From: Asterias rubens
Lineage: Eukaryota
DNA length: 64,000 nucleotides
NCBI RefSeq assembly: GCF_902459465.1
Contig: NC_047067.1
Span: forward strand, 17,422,001-17,486,000
Direction of reading: 5' to 3'
The notes beneath the pieces are model-generated. The model saw nothing but the letters and a program-made list of their open reading frames with translations, ran no database searches and had not been told where the DNA came from. This document shows, piece after piece, positions 49,976 to 64,000 of the stretch. How positions within the stretch are numbered: position 1 is the stretch's first letter; each line of letters opens with the position of its first letter. The position numbers and the translations under genes were made by a program.

Positions 49976-52225
49976 GTTGGTATTAACGCTACGTCGCCTA
50001 AAATGTGCACTTCACTGCATAACGCACAGCATACCATAGAGTTATAAAAACCCACAGTGAAATTGTCCACTTATGATTATGGCCCATTCAAGTTTTTCTC
50101 TGCTGATGACGTCAGGTGAATTGGGTCAATATACAACCTCCAGGAACATACAATGTACTATGTATTTAGATGGGTTGTCTACCAACTGGGATTACTAGTA
50201 TTTAAGTCGCTTACGGTCTCAGAATTTGAGTCTGATATGGCCATGACACGCCATGCATGGTGTTTCTGAACGGTTATATTTGTTACTTAGTTTAGATATT
50301 CTGAAAAAGGGTTAAGTTGTCAGTTTGTGTAATTACTATAGGGAATCAGAGTGTGGTGAAGAGGTTTTCAACTAGTGGTTTAATCCCAATGAGGCCTGGT
50401 TCTTGATAATTTTACCGAGACGAAGTCGAGGTAAATTATCAAGAACCAGGAAAAAGAACACTGAACAACAACAATGGTTAAAATGCAATAACAACAAAGG
50501 CGTTTAGATCCAGAATGATACAACAACTCATCGTTCAAGCTGGCCAATCGCAGCGGGAACAAGCGAGCTGCCATACCCCGGGTTCTGATGGCTCTTTGAA
50601 AAAAACCCTGATTGCTTCTTAGGCTTTAATTGGAATTTCAAGTGAAGTTGATGAGAGCTGTCGAAACTAACTACTTTACATTTGATTTTATACAATGAAC
50701 ATGTCCCATTATATGGTCCACTAAACATGTACCATTTAATAGAAAGGGAATTGGGCTCACCAGATCAATTATACATTATTTAATTACATTCAGAAAAAAA
50801 CACAGGAAACGCCTATTAAATCAAAACTTGTGTTTCTGAAAATCAAGCATTTTGTCGCTTTCAAAATTGTGTACCGGTAGTGGTCCTTTTTCACTTTTAA
50901 CTAAGCTCTCCAGCCACCACTGTCTCCAGCTCAAACAAAGTTAGTTCAACACCCAAACCCTCAGACTCTTGTCTAATAATAAATGATTTGAATACATGTG
51001 TGTACTAATCAAAACCTTGTACCACACACTTCAAAAGGTCTTTAAAATGTGGGAAACCCCTCAACACCAGGACATTTGCATCATATACCCACTTCAATTT
51101 GAACCATGATGTGTACAATTTGATAACTATTATTATCATGCGGCCAGCGTTATCGTAATTGTGTGCGGAATTGTAATACTGTATGATTGATAACAAGGGA
51201 ATTGTTGACACTTTTGCATACGTCAGCGGCAACGGCAATGGCAGCTTGATATTCCAAGTAAAGTTGCTTGTCATAGTCATTGATCAGTAAGGATTTTCAA
51301 AGAAACTAGGGCTCTCATATTCACTGTATAATTTTTGCTTTTTAAAACACATGCATGTATTACATGACATCCGGTTGAGAAGTGCGGCATCAGCAGGCAG
51401 ATAACACATTGTTCATTTGTACTGTCTGCAACACAGTAGGTGTACTTAGAATACTTTGTAAATTGTTATCTGAAATTGACATACATTTTGTACAATCTAC
51501 ATCTAGCTGTGTTGACAATGACATCATAGATTCCGGGTGTGAATATGAAACTGGACAAATTGGAATGTGATAATTTAAATACACGTATGTAGGGTTCAAA
51601 AATCCAGAATATATTTTACAGTACGTAGGTAAAACGGCTCTGTTTGCAGATCGTTGCATTCTGTCTGGGGTCCATAATACGTGTACACTACACCTAAACA
51701 TTTTCAAGTGAACAGATGAGTTAAGACATCATAGTCATTTTAACCCAATTGTCATACGTACCTCAGTAAGTATCCAGCACTGTTGTTGCAAAGGGTAAGT
51801 TGGAACAATTCAAATTGCCTGTGCACTAATTTTTGTCTTCACTAATTAACACGTTGCTGTTTTTTTGTCATTTTTTGACACTGATATAACAGGCATAATA
51901 TTCTTTTTAATCCGATTCTTTGTCCGATTTCTTTTATTTTTAAAAACATTACATGTGTAAAAACCTCTATATTAGTGATTGAACAATAAGAATATGATAC
52001 TTTGTAATTTGAGAGCGTCATGCTATGCTCTCATATAATGTGTGTGCTGAATATTCAATACGGTTCAGTACAAGTATAGTAGGCCTAACCCTCTCGCATT
52101 ACCAAATTGTTTTTACAAAAACAACTGCATTGATCGCATTGCTTGACTACGCAAGCATGTAGAACATTTTCTTACACAATAACATGTATGGATTTGCAGG
52201 GTGGCAAACTTTATAAACTTCTACA

Positions 52226-52606
52226 TTAAAGGAACACGTTGCCTCGGATCGGTCGAGTTGGTCTTTGAAAAGCGTTTGTAACCGTTTGTTATAAAATGCA
52301 TGGGTAGAAAGATGTTGTAAAAGTAGAATACAATGATCCGCACAAACATGCCTCTAAATTGCCTGGTTTTCCTTTTACCTTGTCAACTAACACGGTCGGC
52401 CATTTATGGGAGTCAAATTTTTCCATAAATGGCCGACCGTGTTAGTTCGCACAGTTAAAGGAAAACCACGAAATTTTGAGGCAAATTTGTGTGGATCATT
52501 GTATTCTACTTTTTAAACATCTTTCCAATCGTGCATTTTATAAAAAACGGTTGCAAACGCTTTTTATAAACCAACTCGTCTGATCCAAGGCAACGTGTTC
52601 CTTTAA
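52226..52606. mobile_element. TTAA MITE family 2 copy
   Basis: TTAAAGGAACACGTTGCC / GGCAACGTGTTCCTTTAA. Confidence 0.85.
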
Positions 52607-55600
52607 TTGTACGATCCTGGGTCGTTGTAATCTTTTGTGTACACGTACACCAAGTATTTGGGATAAATGATTTGGGTTATTTGGATCTTTCCACTGTCCA
52701 TTTCCAAAGGATTGTGACGACATATTTTACTTTGGAAAGATTCTCTTCCCATCACTTTATTAAGGAAGCTGAACTTGAACAATGTGCAGCTTAAAAAAAA
52801 GAATTCATAATAATAATGCCTATAGATGATGTTTTTAAAATTTGGTTTCACTTGTCTAGAACATGGTCTAACTAATTTGTGTCAAAAGTGGAATGCACTC
52901 ATAACATTCCATGTTCAATTTTCGAGTGCTTTATGTACACGTACACAAAAGCCTATCCCTTGCACTTATAAGCACAATGTATACAAATGAAATTCAAATG
53001 CCATTAAATTGTTATAATAAATGAAGGTGGATGGGGAAAAGACAATTTTGTACTGTCCACTAAACAAACCAAATTATGCACTCGAAACTGGTATAACCAC
53101 AGCATACATGTACTACATTTGTGTGTAAGTTATACAGTCTTGTCCATCGGTACCCAGCCTGTCCTAGAAACATGAAATGACATTTGCGGCCAATGTAATT
53201 GCATGATAATGAAAATGGGATGTGCGTATGTTGAAGAGTAGCATTCTTTGTAAATTGGCAATCTGACCCCTGAAGAAATCTAATGATAATGCCTGCAGTG
53301 ACACTGTTCTGTATCATCAGCGGCCTGAAATGTTTGTGAATGATGAAGACAGAAATGTGCACTTACATGTATTTGTTTTTCTTGCCTGCTGTATTTTTCA
53401 GTTTTGTTTGTGCTAGGGTTGCACCAGGCTGTGGTGTTAACTTTCTGTACAAGGCAAAACATTGTCCCTTTTCACAAATTTTAATGACATTGCAACATTA
53501 GTTAACATGATTACCGTTTTATGCCCAAGTGTTTTTAAAGAGTTTAAAGTTACAAAACAGGTAGGCCTACAGTTTTTGTTTACATGTTCATAATGTAGTA
53601 AAAGAAACCTTGTAGGCAAAGTGCACAATAATTTATGTGCGGTACCGTGCAGTTCACATCATAAAGGGGAAGATTCAAGTTCAACATCAGTGTTTTGTAA
53701 TCAGAGCTCATTATTAAATGACAATTTGTCAGTTTCCAAGAAGATATTATCATGTGTTCGCGAGGAAACCTGCTTAATGCATTATTTTGACTACAGTTGA
53801 AATGTGGACCTACGTGCAGTACACTTTTCCTTGCATACTTACTCAACATAATTAAAAGGTTTTTATCAGACTCTTAACCTTTGAACACAATGTGACATGA
53901 CCTTGACTCGTTTGCACAAACAAATGGGCGGAGAATGATTAGTAGAGGCGGCTGTATCCAAAGGACTCCTAGATACATGTATGTCATGGTATTAAATTTT
54001 GGAGCATCGTAGCAGTACATAATGGCAAAGTACCAGATGACATGCGATCCACTTCCACCAATCAAATGAAAGGTTCTGCATTAGCGATCGTATTCTGTAT
54101 GAAGCTATGAGGCCTTGTTCGAAACATTAAAAAAATGTTCATACAAGAGGGCACGTTAACAAATATAAAGGATATTGCAGCAGGTACCAATAATACCAGG
54201 GGCATGGTGGCAAGGGTAAGATCATGGGAAAGCACCAAGGTATTGGATGTGTGCTTCAATTTTACAAGGGCAAGGGCAAGGGCAACAAAGGCATTGAGTG
54301 ACCAGGGGGCATAGAGGCAATTGCCTTATATTGCCTCCGTGAAGCATCACGCTTGGGCATCATCATCCTTTGTCTCAGTGAAGTTTCAAGGCTTAAATAT
54401 TGAACACTGACTTTTGGAGATAATTTTGCAATTTGTTACAGCACTGAGGCTCCAAGTGTCTGGTCTACACAGGGAATTTAACAAAGTTCCTGCCCGTCTG
54501 CCCCCCCCCCTTCAATCTGTAATAAAGTTGAATGTGTGCATTGCTTTCATGCATGTGATGCATTTCAGTATAATTTGAAACATTCTGCTGATATATTTGT
54601 ACCGAATCCAGACAGTATGTCTCCGTGCCTGTCTTGTCTGATCTGGGCGGCAGTGGTAATGAGATTGCGGATACTCTTGCAGCAATTGAGAAATGGAGTA
54701 TAATGGATGGTTTTAATCATGGGCTATAGGACAGGGGTGAGCACTAATGGTGTCTGGAGTTAACATAAATCAAATTTTAAAGTCGACTTTGATCACACAC
54801 AAAAAAGAAGAAAAAAAGAGCATGCATTGCATGTACCGCGGTTGGTTATTGGGGCGTGATACATTATTGCATCAAGAGACAGTCAAGTTCTTGTTGGGCC
54901 CTGGGATGGGTGGAGATGTACATTATGACCTGTTTGTGGATATTGTTTGTTTATTGAATTGATGTCATCCTTTGCTGTATTGAATTGCTGTTTGGGGAAT
55001 GGGGGCTTTTGGTGTGACATCTTTTAATTTGAATGGGTAGCATTTCAATAAAAAAAGAAGAGTTTTGTCAAGCTGGTTCCCCATGCACATGAGGATTCTT
55101 TTTGCCAAAGAACAATCAGCGAGACAAACTTACAGATCCTGTAGTTTTAAGTAATAAATATGGATTTAGGTCTTGTAGATTTAGACATGGGAATGTTGGA
55201 TAGACATATATAAATGGTGAGAAATGGTCCCTGTGAGGAATATTTCCAGGCAAAACCAGGACAACTCAAGAAACTACAGAAACATATCTTTAAGGTAGTG
55301 TTTGTAACAGGGACAGATGGACTTGAAACAAAAATTCATACTTTCTTAAAAACCTCAAGTTTTTCTTTGTTTTGACCGATAATCAGAAAAAGGGGCAATT
55401 GGTCTAACCTAATTTACTTTTATGAAAACTCAATTTCTAGTCAATCCCAATACAATTTCTTTTGGGAGATAAATAAAGTTTTCTCGTGTCATGAGGCAGC
55501 ATACATGAGTCATTGAAATGTCACTCATACATGTTGGAAATTTATTGGAAGCTGCACAGCAGGAAAATAAAAAACAGAAGAGTAATTTCTGAATCGGTAT

Positions 55601-55669
55601 AATTCATCAAATGATTTTTGGCATAGGTTTAAGGCTGCCTGATGTCTTTTATTTCAAAGAGAGAATAGT

Positions 55670-55910
55670 GGAAAAAAAAAACCTTGTCGCAAAAGTTGTG
55701 TGCTTTCAGATGCTTTATTTCGAGACCTTACAAATTCTGAGGTCTCAAAATCAAATTCAAATGTTATAGTGAGAAATTCCTTCTTTCTCAAAATATAAGT
55801 TACTTAAGAGGGAGCCGTTTCTCATGAATGTTTATACTATCAACAACTATCAACAGCTGTCCATTGACCATTAACAAGTAAGTTTTTATTCTCGTGTCCA
55901 GTGATTTTAA
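55670..55910. mobile_element. TTAA MITE family 1 partial copy
   Basis: Internal family sequence (GTGTGCTTTCAGATGCTT, GAGGGAGCCGTTTCTCA). Confidence 0.65.
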
Positions 55911-57124
55911 CTGCTGATGAAAAAATAGCATTGCCCCTTCAGGTACATGGGGTTGAAGGACACAATAGAATTCACAGAGTACATGTTTGTGTCACAATGC
56001 CAGAATGTTATATTAGGGTGTCACTGTCAGAACATCTCTCCCTGCTGAAATGAAAGTCAGACCATCTTCAGGGTCAGACCAGACAGTCACACCGGTCATA
56101 CCCTGCAGGGGGCCCCATGTACTCTGTAATTTGCGACTTAATAATCAATAGAATATTCTAAATTTAGCCTCCCACGTACCATTTGCATTTTGCCAAGTGC
56201 AGTGGGATGGGGGTCAACAACTGGAAGAGTCCAGTTTAAGTTTCGGATCATATTTCTGTTATTTGCTTTTTTATCAAAATTTGATCTGAAGGCATGACAT
56301 TAAAGATTGCAATCGAAGATTGATTTTGAAGAGCAGCTGGAAACTAGATAGCCTGTAAATGATGAAAACAATACTGAAGACAGAGATTATACCGTATTAT
56401 AAAGATAAGACCCAGAAAAGCCAGAATGTTCATTTTGGAAGGAATTGCATTTTGCTTCCTTTAAATCTAACTCCCTTGAGTAATTTACTTGACCAACGTT
56501 CAGGTCCAACCCTGATTTATGAAATTAGGAACATGATCTAATGCACACTTGAATGGAACATCCATATGAAAATCTTGAAGTCTACAGGGTAGACGGAAAC
56601 TTTTGAAGGCCAAGACCTGTTAGTTGATTTCACAAATTGAGTAAATATTGGTAAGCTGTCATTAACATTCTTTGTTGCTAAGACGAGTGTGATGTCATAA
56701 CACAAATCACTATGGCGATATTGACAACCCATCTTAAAGATGAATCTAAGTGTTTGTGAAAATCCAGCGCAGGTCAATCGAGGCCATGACCTCCAAGCCT
56801 TTTTTTACCATGCGTGACAAAGTTTTTAATCAGTTCATTGAAATGATTTGACAAGTCATAGTAACTTACAAATTCTCTGAAACTCTGCATGTTGCAGTGA
56901 CTCCTACCTAGATGCAGATAATTTCACTCTGTATTTGGTCATACATGTACCTAATTTGAATGATGCTGAGTTTGAGGTTAATATCCCATCGTTACATGAA
57001 CAAAGATGAAGTGCTTTTTCTTTAAAGGGAAAATTATTGGTTTCAGGTGGGTCCCCATCCTGTTGTTTTCAATAGGCACACTGTGGCTGTGATGCTTCTA
57101 AACTAGCCTGTTCTTACCAATTAT

Positions 57125-57508
57125 TTAAAGGCAGTGGACACTATTGGTAATTACTCAAAGTAATTATTGGCATAAAATCTTTCTTGGTGACGAGTAATAG
57201 GGAGAGGTTGATGGTATAAAACATTGTGAGAAACGGCTCCCTCTGAAGTGCCATCGTTTTTGAGAAAGAAGTAATTTTCCACGAATTTGATTTCGAGACC
57301 TCAGATTTAGAACTTGAGGTCTCGAAATCAACCATCTAAACGCACACAATTTCGTGTGACAAGGGTTATTTTTCTTTCATTATTATCTCGTAACTTTGAT
57401 AACCAAATGAGCTCAAATTTTCACAGGTTTGTTATTTTATGCATATTGAGATACACCAACTGTGAAGGCTAGTCTTTGACAATTACCAATAGTGTCCACT
57501 GCCTTTAA
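57125..57508. mobile_element. TTAA MITE family 1, clean full-length copy (Kolobok-like)
   Basis: TTAA|AGGCAGTGGACACTATTGGTAATT ... AATTACCAATAGTGTCCACTGCCT|TTAA, perfect 24 bp TIR starting with RR. Confidence 0.9.
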
Positions 57509-60500
57509 GTACATTTAACTAATCATAATGTTTGTCATATTTAGTTACATGTGTGTACATTTGGGGGACTGGGGTCGTACATGTGTAGACTTGAGATCAA
57601 GGATCCTGCATTGTTTTTTTTTAAATGAACACCAGAATTAGAGTCCAATAGTTTGGGTGTTGAGTCTCATGGTGTAGGATTTGTTTCTATTCGTCTCTAC
57701 TCGATCATTGTAAAACACTGAATGATTAGAATGCTATGTTGTCCATCTACGCATAACTTGTACAATGTGCAGTGTAAATGGTGGCTGAAAAAAAAAAACC
57801 CAAAAAAAAACCACCCCATTTTAAATGGGGTGTCATTTTAAATGGGGTGTTTTTTTCTTCTTTTAATTGATTGATTCAAATTGGAAAAGAAGGTAAAAAA
57901 TGGCCATTCAAAGAGCCAACATTTCCTGAGAAGATGATAAGTTCTAAAGAATTGTGTGTGTTCACTGAAAGGCCTATTGCCGTGCTCTCTAGAAATTATT
58001 GAAATGTCTTTTACATAACAATAAAGTTTCCAGAAAAATTCATCTATGCTTGGCCCTAAGTGCAACCACAGTTCATTCACACGTATGTTAAACAGTGCAT
58101 CTATTATCAAGAATTAGGAAGAAGATTATTGATCTGTTCCTGAGACGCTTTTGACATGTGTGATTTGTTTCCAAGAATAAAGGAGATGGGTTCACTCCAA
58201 GGTTAGGAAACAGAATTGAACCTACAGAGTTTAGTCATCATTTATGTGGTTGTTGAACTGTGGACTTGGTGGGACAGCCTATGCGCGTGGCCCACCTTTT
58301 GTGTTATTATTATAGATTGATGTGGGCGGCTACATTCTGTGTTGTGTTTACTTTCAAACACTGATACACCCAATGCAGAGGTCGGGAAATAGAAACAGTG
58401 TGTGTTGATGTGACACATCCATACAATTACAGACAGAGGGTGGCAGTTGGATGAATTTACCATTTAACTTGAAGAGCTTAGACAAGATGGATTGAATATT
58501 TTGACTGATCTGAAAAGTGCCTGTTGATTTTATACAGCAAGGAGTTGACACACAAATGTGAGTATCTTTTTCAAAAACAATATTTAAATGTACAAAAGAA
58601 AAGGAAGTGGAATGTTTCAGACTTTGAAGTTAAATTTAATACCACGTGTTCTACCAAAGAGCTAATGTACATATGTACAGTGTACATGTATGATGAGGTT
58701 CAGTATTGTTCATCGGCCTGCCAACTTGTTACCCCAAATTTGTTTATCTAATATCCAGGGTTTGAATTTGGGGACAACATGATTTGTAGTTCGAAATTTT
58801 TATATCCTGAATAATTTTGTTGTTTGGAAAACCCAGAATCAAAATGATTAAAACAACTTTATAGACAGGTTTACAATTTACTCAAAGATTTATCTCATTT
58901 GACAATGGGTAGGCCTTGGTATCCTTTAATACTGAAAATTGAAAATTGAAAATTGAAGGTTATTTATTAGACTAAAAGTAAACATTTGAAAAACATAAAA
59001 CCACCAAACTTGTTGGTCGATTTCACTGGCCTACAGTGAAATTACTCGTCTGCAGTTTGTCTCCATGGCCAGTGTTAATTTCAAGCCCTCTTGTTATGAG
59101 ATTGCCGTTGCTAACAGTTTTATGCGTGGTTACCTGAAATTCCACTGAATAAGTTGACAATACAACATTGCATAGCCTGTAATTAACTATTTTTTAGCAT
59201 TCACCAATTTGTTTAACCAGCATGTACAGTACATGGGCCTATTGTGAACAATAAGTGTACGATTTGTGTTCTGTAGAGGCCATGCGTGTTTGTTCCATCA
59301 CCATGTAAATGATTGCGCTTGGTGGTGACATAATGGGCTGATGAAAGCACACAGTCATGACAGTGCAGCCAGCCCATATTGTGCACACACATGGAGACAG
59401 TACAGTCTATGCTTGCCCTGTAGGCTGATACCCAACCCATGCAAGTAGGCCAACATCGCCCTGGCATTTGACTACATGAAAGCTACTTAGAATTCACTCA
59501 GAAGATCCCCATGTACTCTGGCATGCTTAATTTGACTGCAGGCCAATCTGACACTTGATCGCTGGACGGGTGGTTTGCCAGCAACATTACTTTATGTGAT
59601 TTATTCTCAGTCCACATGGTTAGAATAGAGAGGCAGGAATATGTTTGCTGGGTGTATTTTGTCTGATTCTGGGTAAGTCCATCTGGCAATTTTGAAATAG
59701 AGAAATTTTAATTAAGCAATGTTAAAGGTTGGCCTTATTATTGAGGTTTGATGTAGACACTTTTATGTTGAGCAATTTCATTGCATTCCACTCGCGCTGA
59801 AGCTTGCCTCAAACTGTTAGACTCTGTTGTGTTAGTGCGGTTAGTGTTAGTGCTACATTTCTAAGTGCAGGAAAAGACTCACAGTGCAATTATGGAATCC
59901 AGATATTTTGTTTAATTTTAACATTGCTGGTAGGTTCTCAGGCCTGGCAGTATGCCATTCATTTTATTTGTTTATTATTTATTAATTAATCTGGTTGTTA
60001 GGCCAAGTATTCTTAGAAAAGCGTGTGAAAAGACAATAATTTTTGTACTGTCCAGGGGCCCTTGTAAAATCTTGTCACTACATTTTGTCGGATTTCCGGA
60101 CCTACAAAAAAACACATGGATGTTTTTACCAAGGTTGTTGTGAAATCATTGTGTTGAGGGAATTTTAAAGACGTTCTGATGTGACACTAAAGGCATCACA
60201 GCATATTGTAAGAATTGTCGCCCTGGGAATTTGTTCCTCCATTTATGATTTATACTGATGGGCTAACAACAGTGTAATGTGATTTATCAGGATTTTCTCC
60301 CTCATTAAATCTTTTCCGCGGAGTCACTTGCAGTTTTCAAGAAACATCTCAAAACTTTCCTGTTCAATGACTGATTGCTTTGACTGTTTACCCATTATCA
60401 GTGCCATTATTTATTTGCTTATTGTTTAGTTTCTTGTAAAGCGCTGTGGTACCTTGTGTAAGAGCACTATATAAATGTCTCTTTTATTTACTATATTATT

Positions 60501-60884
60501 TCAGGATTTTCTCAATATCTTCTCCTTGAGCCTTCACATTTTCTTCAAAGCAGTAAAGTAGTCATGGCATTAAAATAATATTTTCTTGATAACATTGTGT
60601 GATCCGTTGAAGTAGGGTCTAGAATACACAATGTTATGTAGATGACCCAGTAGTTTAGGATCTGTGGTCTCAAACAAACTTAGGTTCAAAAGAAGAAATA
60701 TCTACTCCACAAACTGTTTACTAACCAAAATGACTGATGGAATAAATGCACAAAAGTTGCTCGAATGCATGATCACAGTTTTTAGCCGTCCTTCGTTGCT
60801 GTCATTATTCATGTATGTATCTAGGCTAAACATTAGGACCGTAATTTTGGATGCTCCTCTTTTTACACTGGTGGGCCTACATCA

Positions 60885-60950
60885 TCATGTTAACTGTGAA
60901 CAGTTACAATGTTAACTGTGAACAGTTACAATGTTAACTGTGAACAGTTA
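60885..60950. repeat. 21 nt tandem repeat x3
   Basis: (ATGTTAACTGTGAACAGTTACA)-like units repeated three times. Confidence 0.85.
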
Positions 60951-62646
60951 CTGTACACACTAATTAAATGAACAGTATCAAAGGTAATCTGTCTGTTGCT
61001 TCATAAAAGGTAATCTGTCTGTTGCTTTAGCAGCCCCCCCCACCCCCCATTGGTTATATCATGCCTTGTAAATCAATCATGGCTGGTGCAATAAATTAGT
61101 GAGCTAGGTTTTGCATCACAATAGGGACTAGGTCATTAACCTACATGTAATGTTTTGAATTACATAATGTGTGTATGCCGTATGTCATGTACACATGTAG
61201 CATGGTCAATATGTAACAATGCAGCCACTTTATAAAGATTAATAATAGATATTTAATTCATGGAATCCCACCTGAGTTGTATTTTCTTTGCGCTGGACTC
61301 TGAAAGTAATATAGGTATCCATGCTTAAATGTGGACCTTGCTCTAAGGGTGAAATGGTAATACCAAGTAATAGTATTACAACAAATTTATCAACAGCTTT
61401 TGTAAAATTATGTATTATATTATATTGTACACAGTAGCCTACTGTGTGCAGCCAAAATTATACATATTATATTCCTAATGAGGATTTAAACAGTAATAGT
61501 AGCATGCTGCAAAAAAAAAATTATGTTCAAATTTCATGTTTCTTTTTATTTTCTACATTATCAAAACAGTGATGACAATATCATTATCAATCATAACTCG
61601 TTGATAAAAAAATACATCTTTTTGTTTAAAATTTCAAGAAGTAGATGTTGACAAATATGACACTGCAGATGGATTTACTTTAGAAGCGGAACTTGTTGTC
61701 CCTTATATGACTCAATGTTATTGTTATAATGTGTTTGGTTTACATGTGGCCCTATTCTGTTTATTCTGTCAAGCACAATTCAAACTGTTTTCAAACTTCT
61801 CGCTTATGATTAATAAATGCTTATCATGTGTGAATAACCCGGATACATATTTTTCCCGTGAGTGGAATGCGTGAAATGGTTTGTCAAGTTACTATTATGT
61901 GAACATATTTCTGCTGTAAATTGTCCCTTTTTTCAAGTTGGCCCCCCATAAAAAGCATGTTGTGGATCGATGCATCAGTTCTTTTTGTTACAACACATCA
62001 TTCATATTCACAACTCCGTCCTCGCCATAGTCCTATTTTGGGATGAATGCTGTTTGCAGAGAATGCATACATGGGCCAGTGATGTGACGTGTGCAATAAG
62101 TCGCACAGAGCTGTTGGACATGTTTGTACACAGTGTGCATCCTGGGCTGATGGGCATGAATCACTGATGATGTCATGATAATCTGGGTTGGTGGGTGCCT
62201 TTGTAAGCCCACTGACGTATGACGTGGACCGGGGCTATCTTCATTTCAGGTCTGCTTTTTCAAGTAAAGTGGGAAATCCCCCATATTTTTGTAAACCCTT
62301 AAATTAGAACTGATTGTAATTCCCCATGGGCAAGCTGCCAACATTTAGGTGGTCTATTTTATATAAATTAAGTACTGTTTAGTGCCGTGCATGTTGGTGG
62401 AGTGATAAGTTCATTTCAGTAGCAGAAGTTTGACAGTAAGCAACTGTTGGCAGTGGTGTTTTTAACAGAATTATCAAGGAGTGACAAATATTGTGAACTT
62501 TTGTAAGTAGATTTTTGTTGTTGACAAAAACAATCTCTCTAACTTTTTTGTTCCTAACATTTCATAAAAATGCCACTTAAATAAATCAGTGAGCGTGCCC
62601 ATTACTTGTGGGCTGAACTCGTCTTGGAGAAATGATTAATGATAGG

Positions 62647-62820
62647 AAAAACAGCAGGCCTGGAATTTCATCTTTGAAAGGGCAAGGCCATTTTCTCTGC
62701 AAAGGGCACTTCCATTGTAAAATCTTAAAGTCTATGGGACACTTTTGAAGGGGCACCAAGGCCAAGACCAGGGGCAATGGAAGCCATAGCCTTCGTGACC
62801 AGTGTGTAATTCAAGGCCTA
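62647..62820. mobile_element. CAGGCCT-ended MITE (related fragments near 13720, 14150, 33400, 54150)
   Basis: CAGGCCTGGAATT / AATTCAAGGCCT ends; GGGCAAGG/GGGGCACC internal motifs are shared with the other fragments. Confidence 0.5.
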
Positions 62821-64000
62821 AAACAGTAAAAAAATCCCGTCCATAAAAACACTAGGAAAATACAGGCCTACATGTTAAAAGCATTGTCAGTGTTCTCCAC
62901 ATGTTTTTTAAAACTGGGGCATTGAGAACCCAATTTTGTTAAGTTTGGCGAAACAAAGTTCTTGGAATTATGTTGTACTCAGTGTATATCTTCTGGCAAG
63001 TTTGATCTGAAGGAAGAAAAACAAACAAACAAACAGAACAATGAAAGCATTTAATTTGTTATTTATTTAGTGATTAATTAAATTATTTATTTATTTATTT
63101 ACTTTTAATTTTCAATTTACATGTATTTTATTTAATTTTTTAATTTTGTATTATTGTTTATTTATTTTTAGTGGGGGGAGGGTATCAGCCGCAATTGGTG
63201 CACATTGTTCCGATTTGCAAGCTTGTGGGGATTTAGAGAACCCCGATAAGTGAATCAGTGATCTTCAAAATTTAAGGGAATCACTTCATCTATTTTGTTG
63301 ATGAAACATGAAACCAATTAAATTATTCCCAGCAACTACACTGTAACCCCTCGAGCACTACCTTACTGAACACATGTTTTTGTTCACTGGTAATGCAATA
63401 CTAAAGTCAATTAAATGAAATAGAATGACATCATTGGTGTTTATAGCCTTTGGCAAGCATTAGGGTACATGTAGATGTGACAACTTATAATCCCCAAAGC
63501 TTCTTAATGTCCAGACCCTTGGTGTACACATGATGCAGTCTGCAGTTAAAACTGAATCAATTAACAAATCAGCCATACCCAACCAACCAGGGTAACTATC
63601 TGTTGTTATGTAAATTATTGGCTGGGGATGTTGACACCAAGTCAGGACCAGTGCATTGTGTGCAAATGAGGCTGGTGTTTCTCCCAACCACAACGCTCTA
63701 AAATTCCCCAGTTATGAATCACAATATCTGCACCTGCATTGAGCTGGGTTTGTAAGGAATCATTTAAACATGAGGAAAACAAAGAGTTTAAACATCCAAA
63801 CAACTTGCAGGGGCTCGCCCATGTATGGTCTTCCTAGACCATTGGTTGAAATGTGGTTCACCAGTGACTCATCACTTGAACTTTAAATGGTCTATAAAAG
63901 GTTATATTAAATGTTGATTCTTTGTTGTTTGCACTATAAATTATGTCACATCGGAAATGAAATGTTGCTGGTACTCGTACATATGTAAAAATGGTACGGA

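Noticed and set aside
53060-53462. Possible coding exon or Cys-rich transposase tail on minus
   Set aside because: Stops in all frames and no recognisable domain or consistent splice phases.
57838-58110. Possible hAT transposase remnant
   Set aside because: Only weak resemblance across broken frames; no diagnostic motif could be read with confidence.
58380-59690. Candidate exons of the downstream + strand gene (AG/GT-bounded, higher-GC patches)
   Set aside because: Translations hit stops or match no known protein; cannot be supported without transcripts.

Overview
AT-rich eukaryotic (invertebrate deuterostome, probably echinoderm/sea star; taxon is inference) genomic DNA, not prokaryotic. 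Four spliced housekeeping genes could be reconstructed by hand, with consistent intron phases: PSMB2 (+, 2837-9410, 6 exons, 199 aa), SMPD2/neutral sphingomyelinase 1 (+, 11386-32852, 7 exons, 409 aa), NUP37 (+, 36117-41421, 7 exons, 322 aa) and MRPL23 (-, 44444-47830, 4 exons, 150 aa). A CpG-rich promoter and a probable non-coding first exon of an unidentified + strand gene lie at about 48.2-48.7 kb; no coding exon could be supported in 48.7-64 kb. Introns are packed with MITEs, SINEs, a rearranged Tc1 remnant and LINE fragments. The standout is in the 14.4 kb third intron of SMPD2: an apparently intact, very recent 5187 bp tyrosine-recombinase retrotransposon (PAT-like: Gag, RT/RNase H/methyltransferase-like, YR) on the minus strand, nested in a TTAA MITE. 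It has identical split direct repeats in the order A1-gag5'-B1A2-gag3'/pol-YR-B2. The B1/A2 junction, which under the split-repeat model is needed for replication, lies inside a predicted spliceosomal intron of gag, and the recombinase ORF appears expressible only by splicing.
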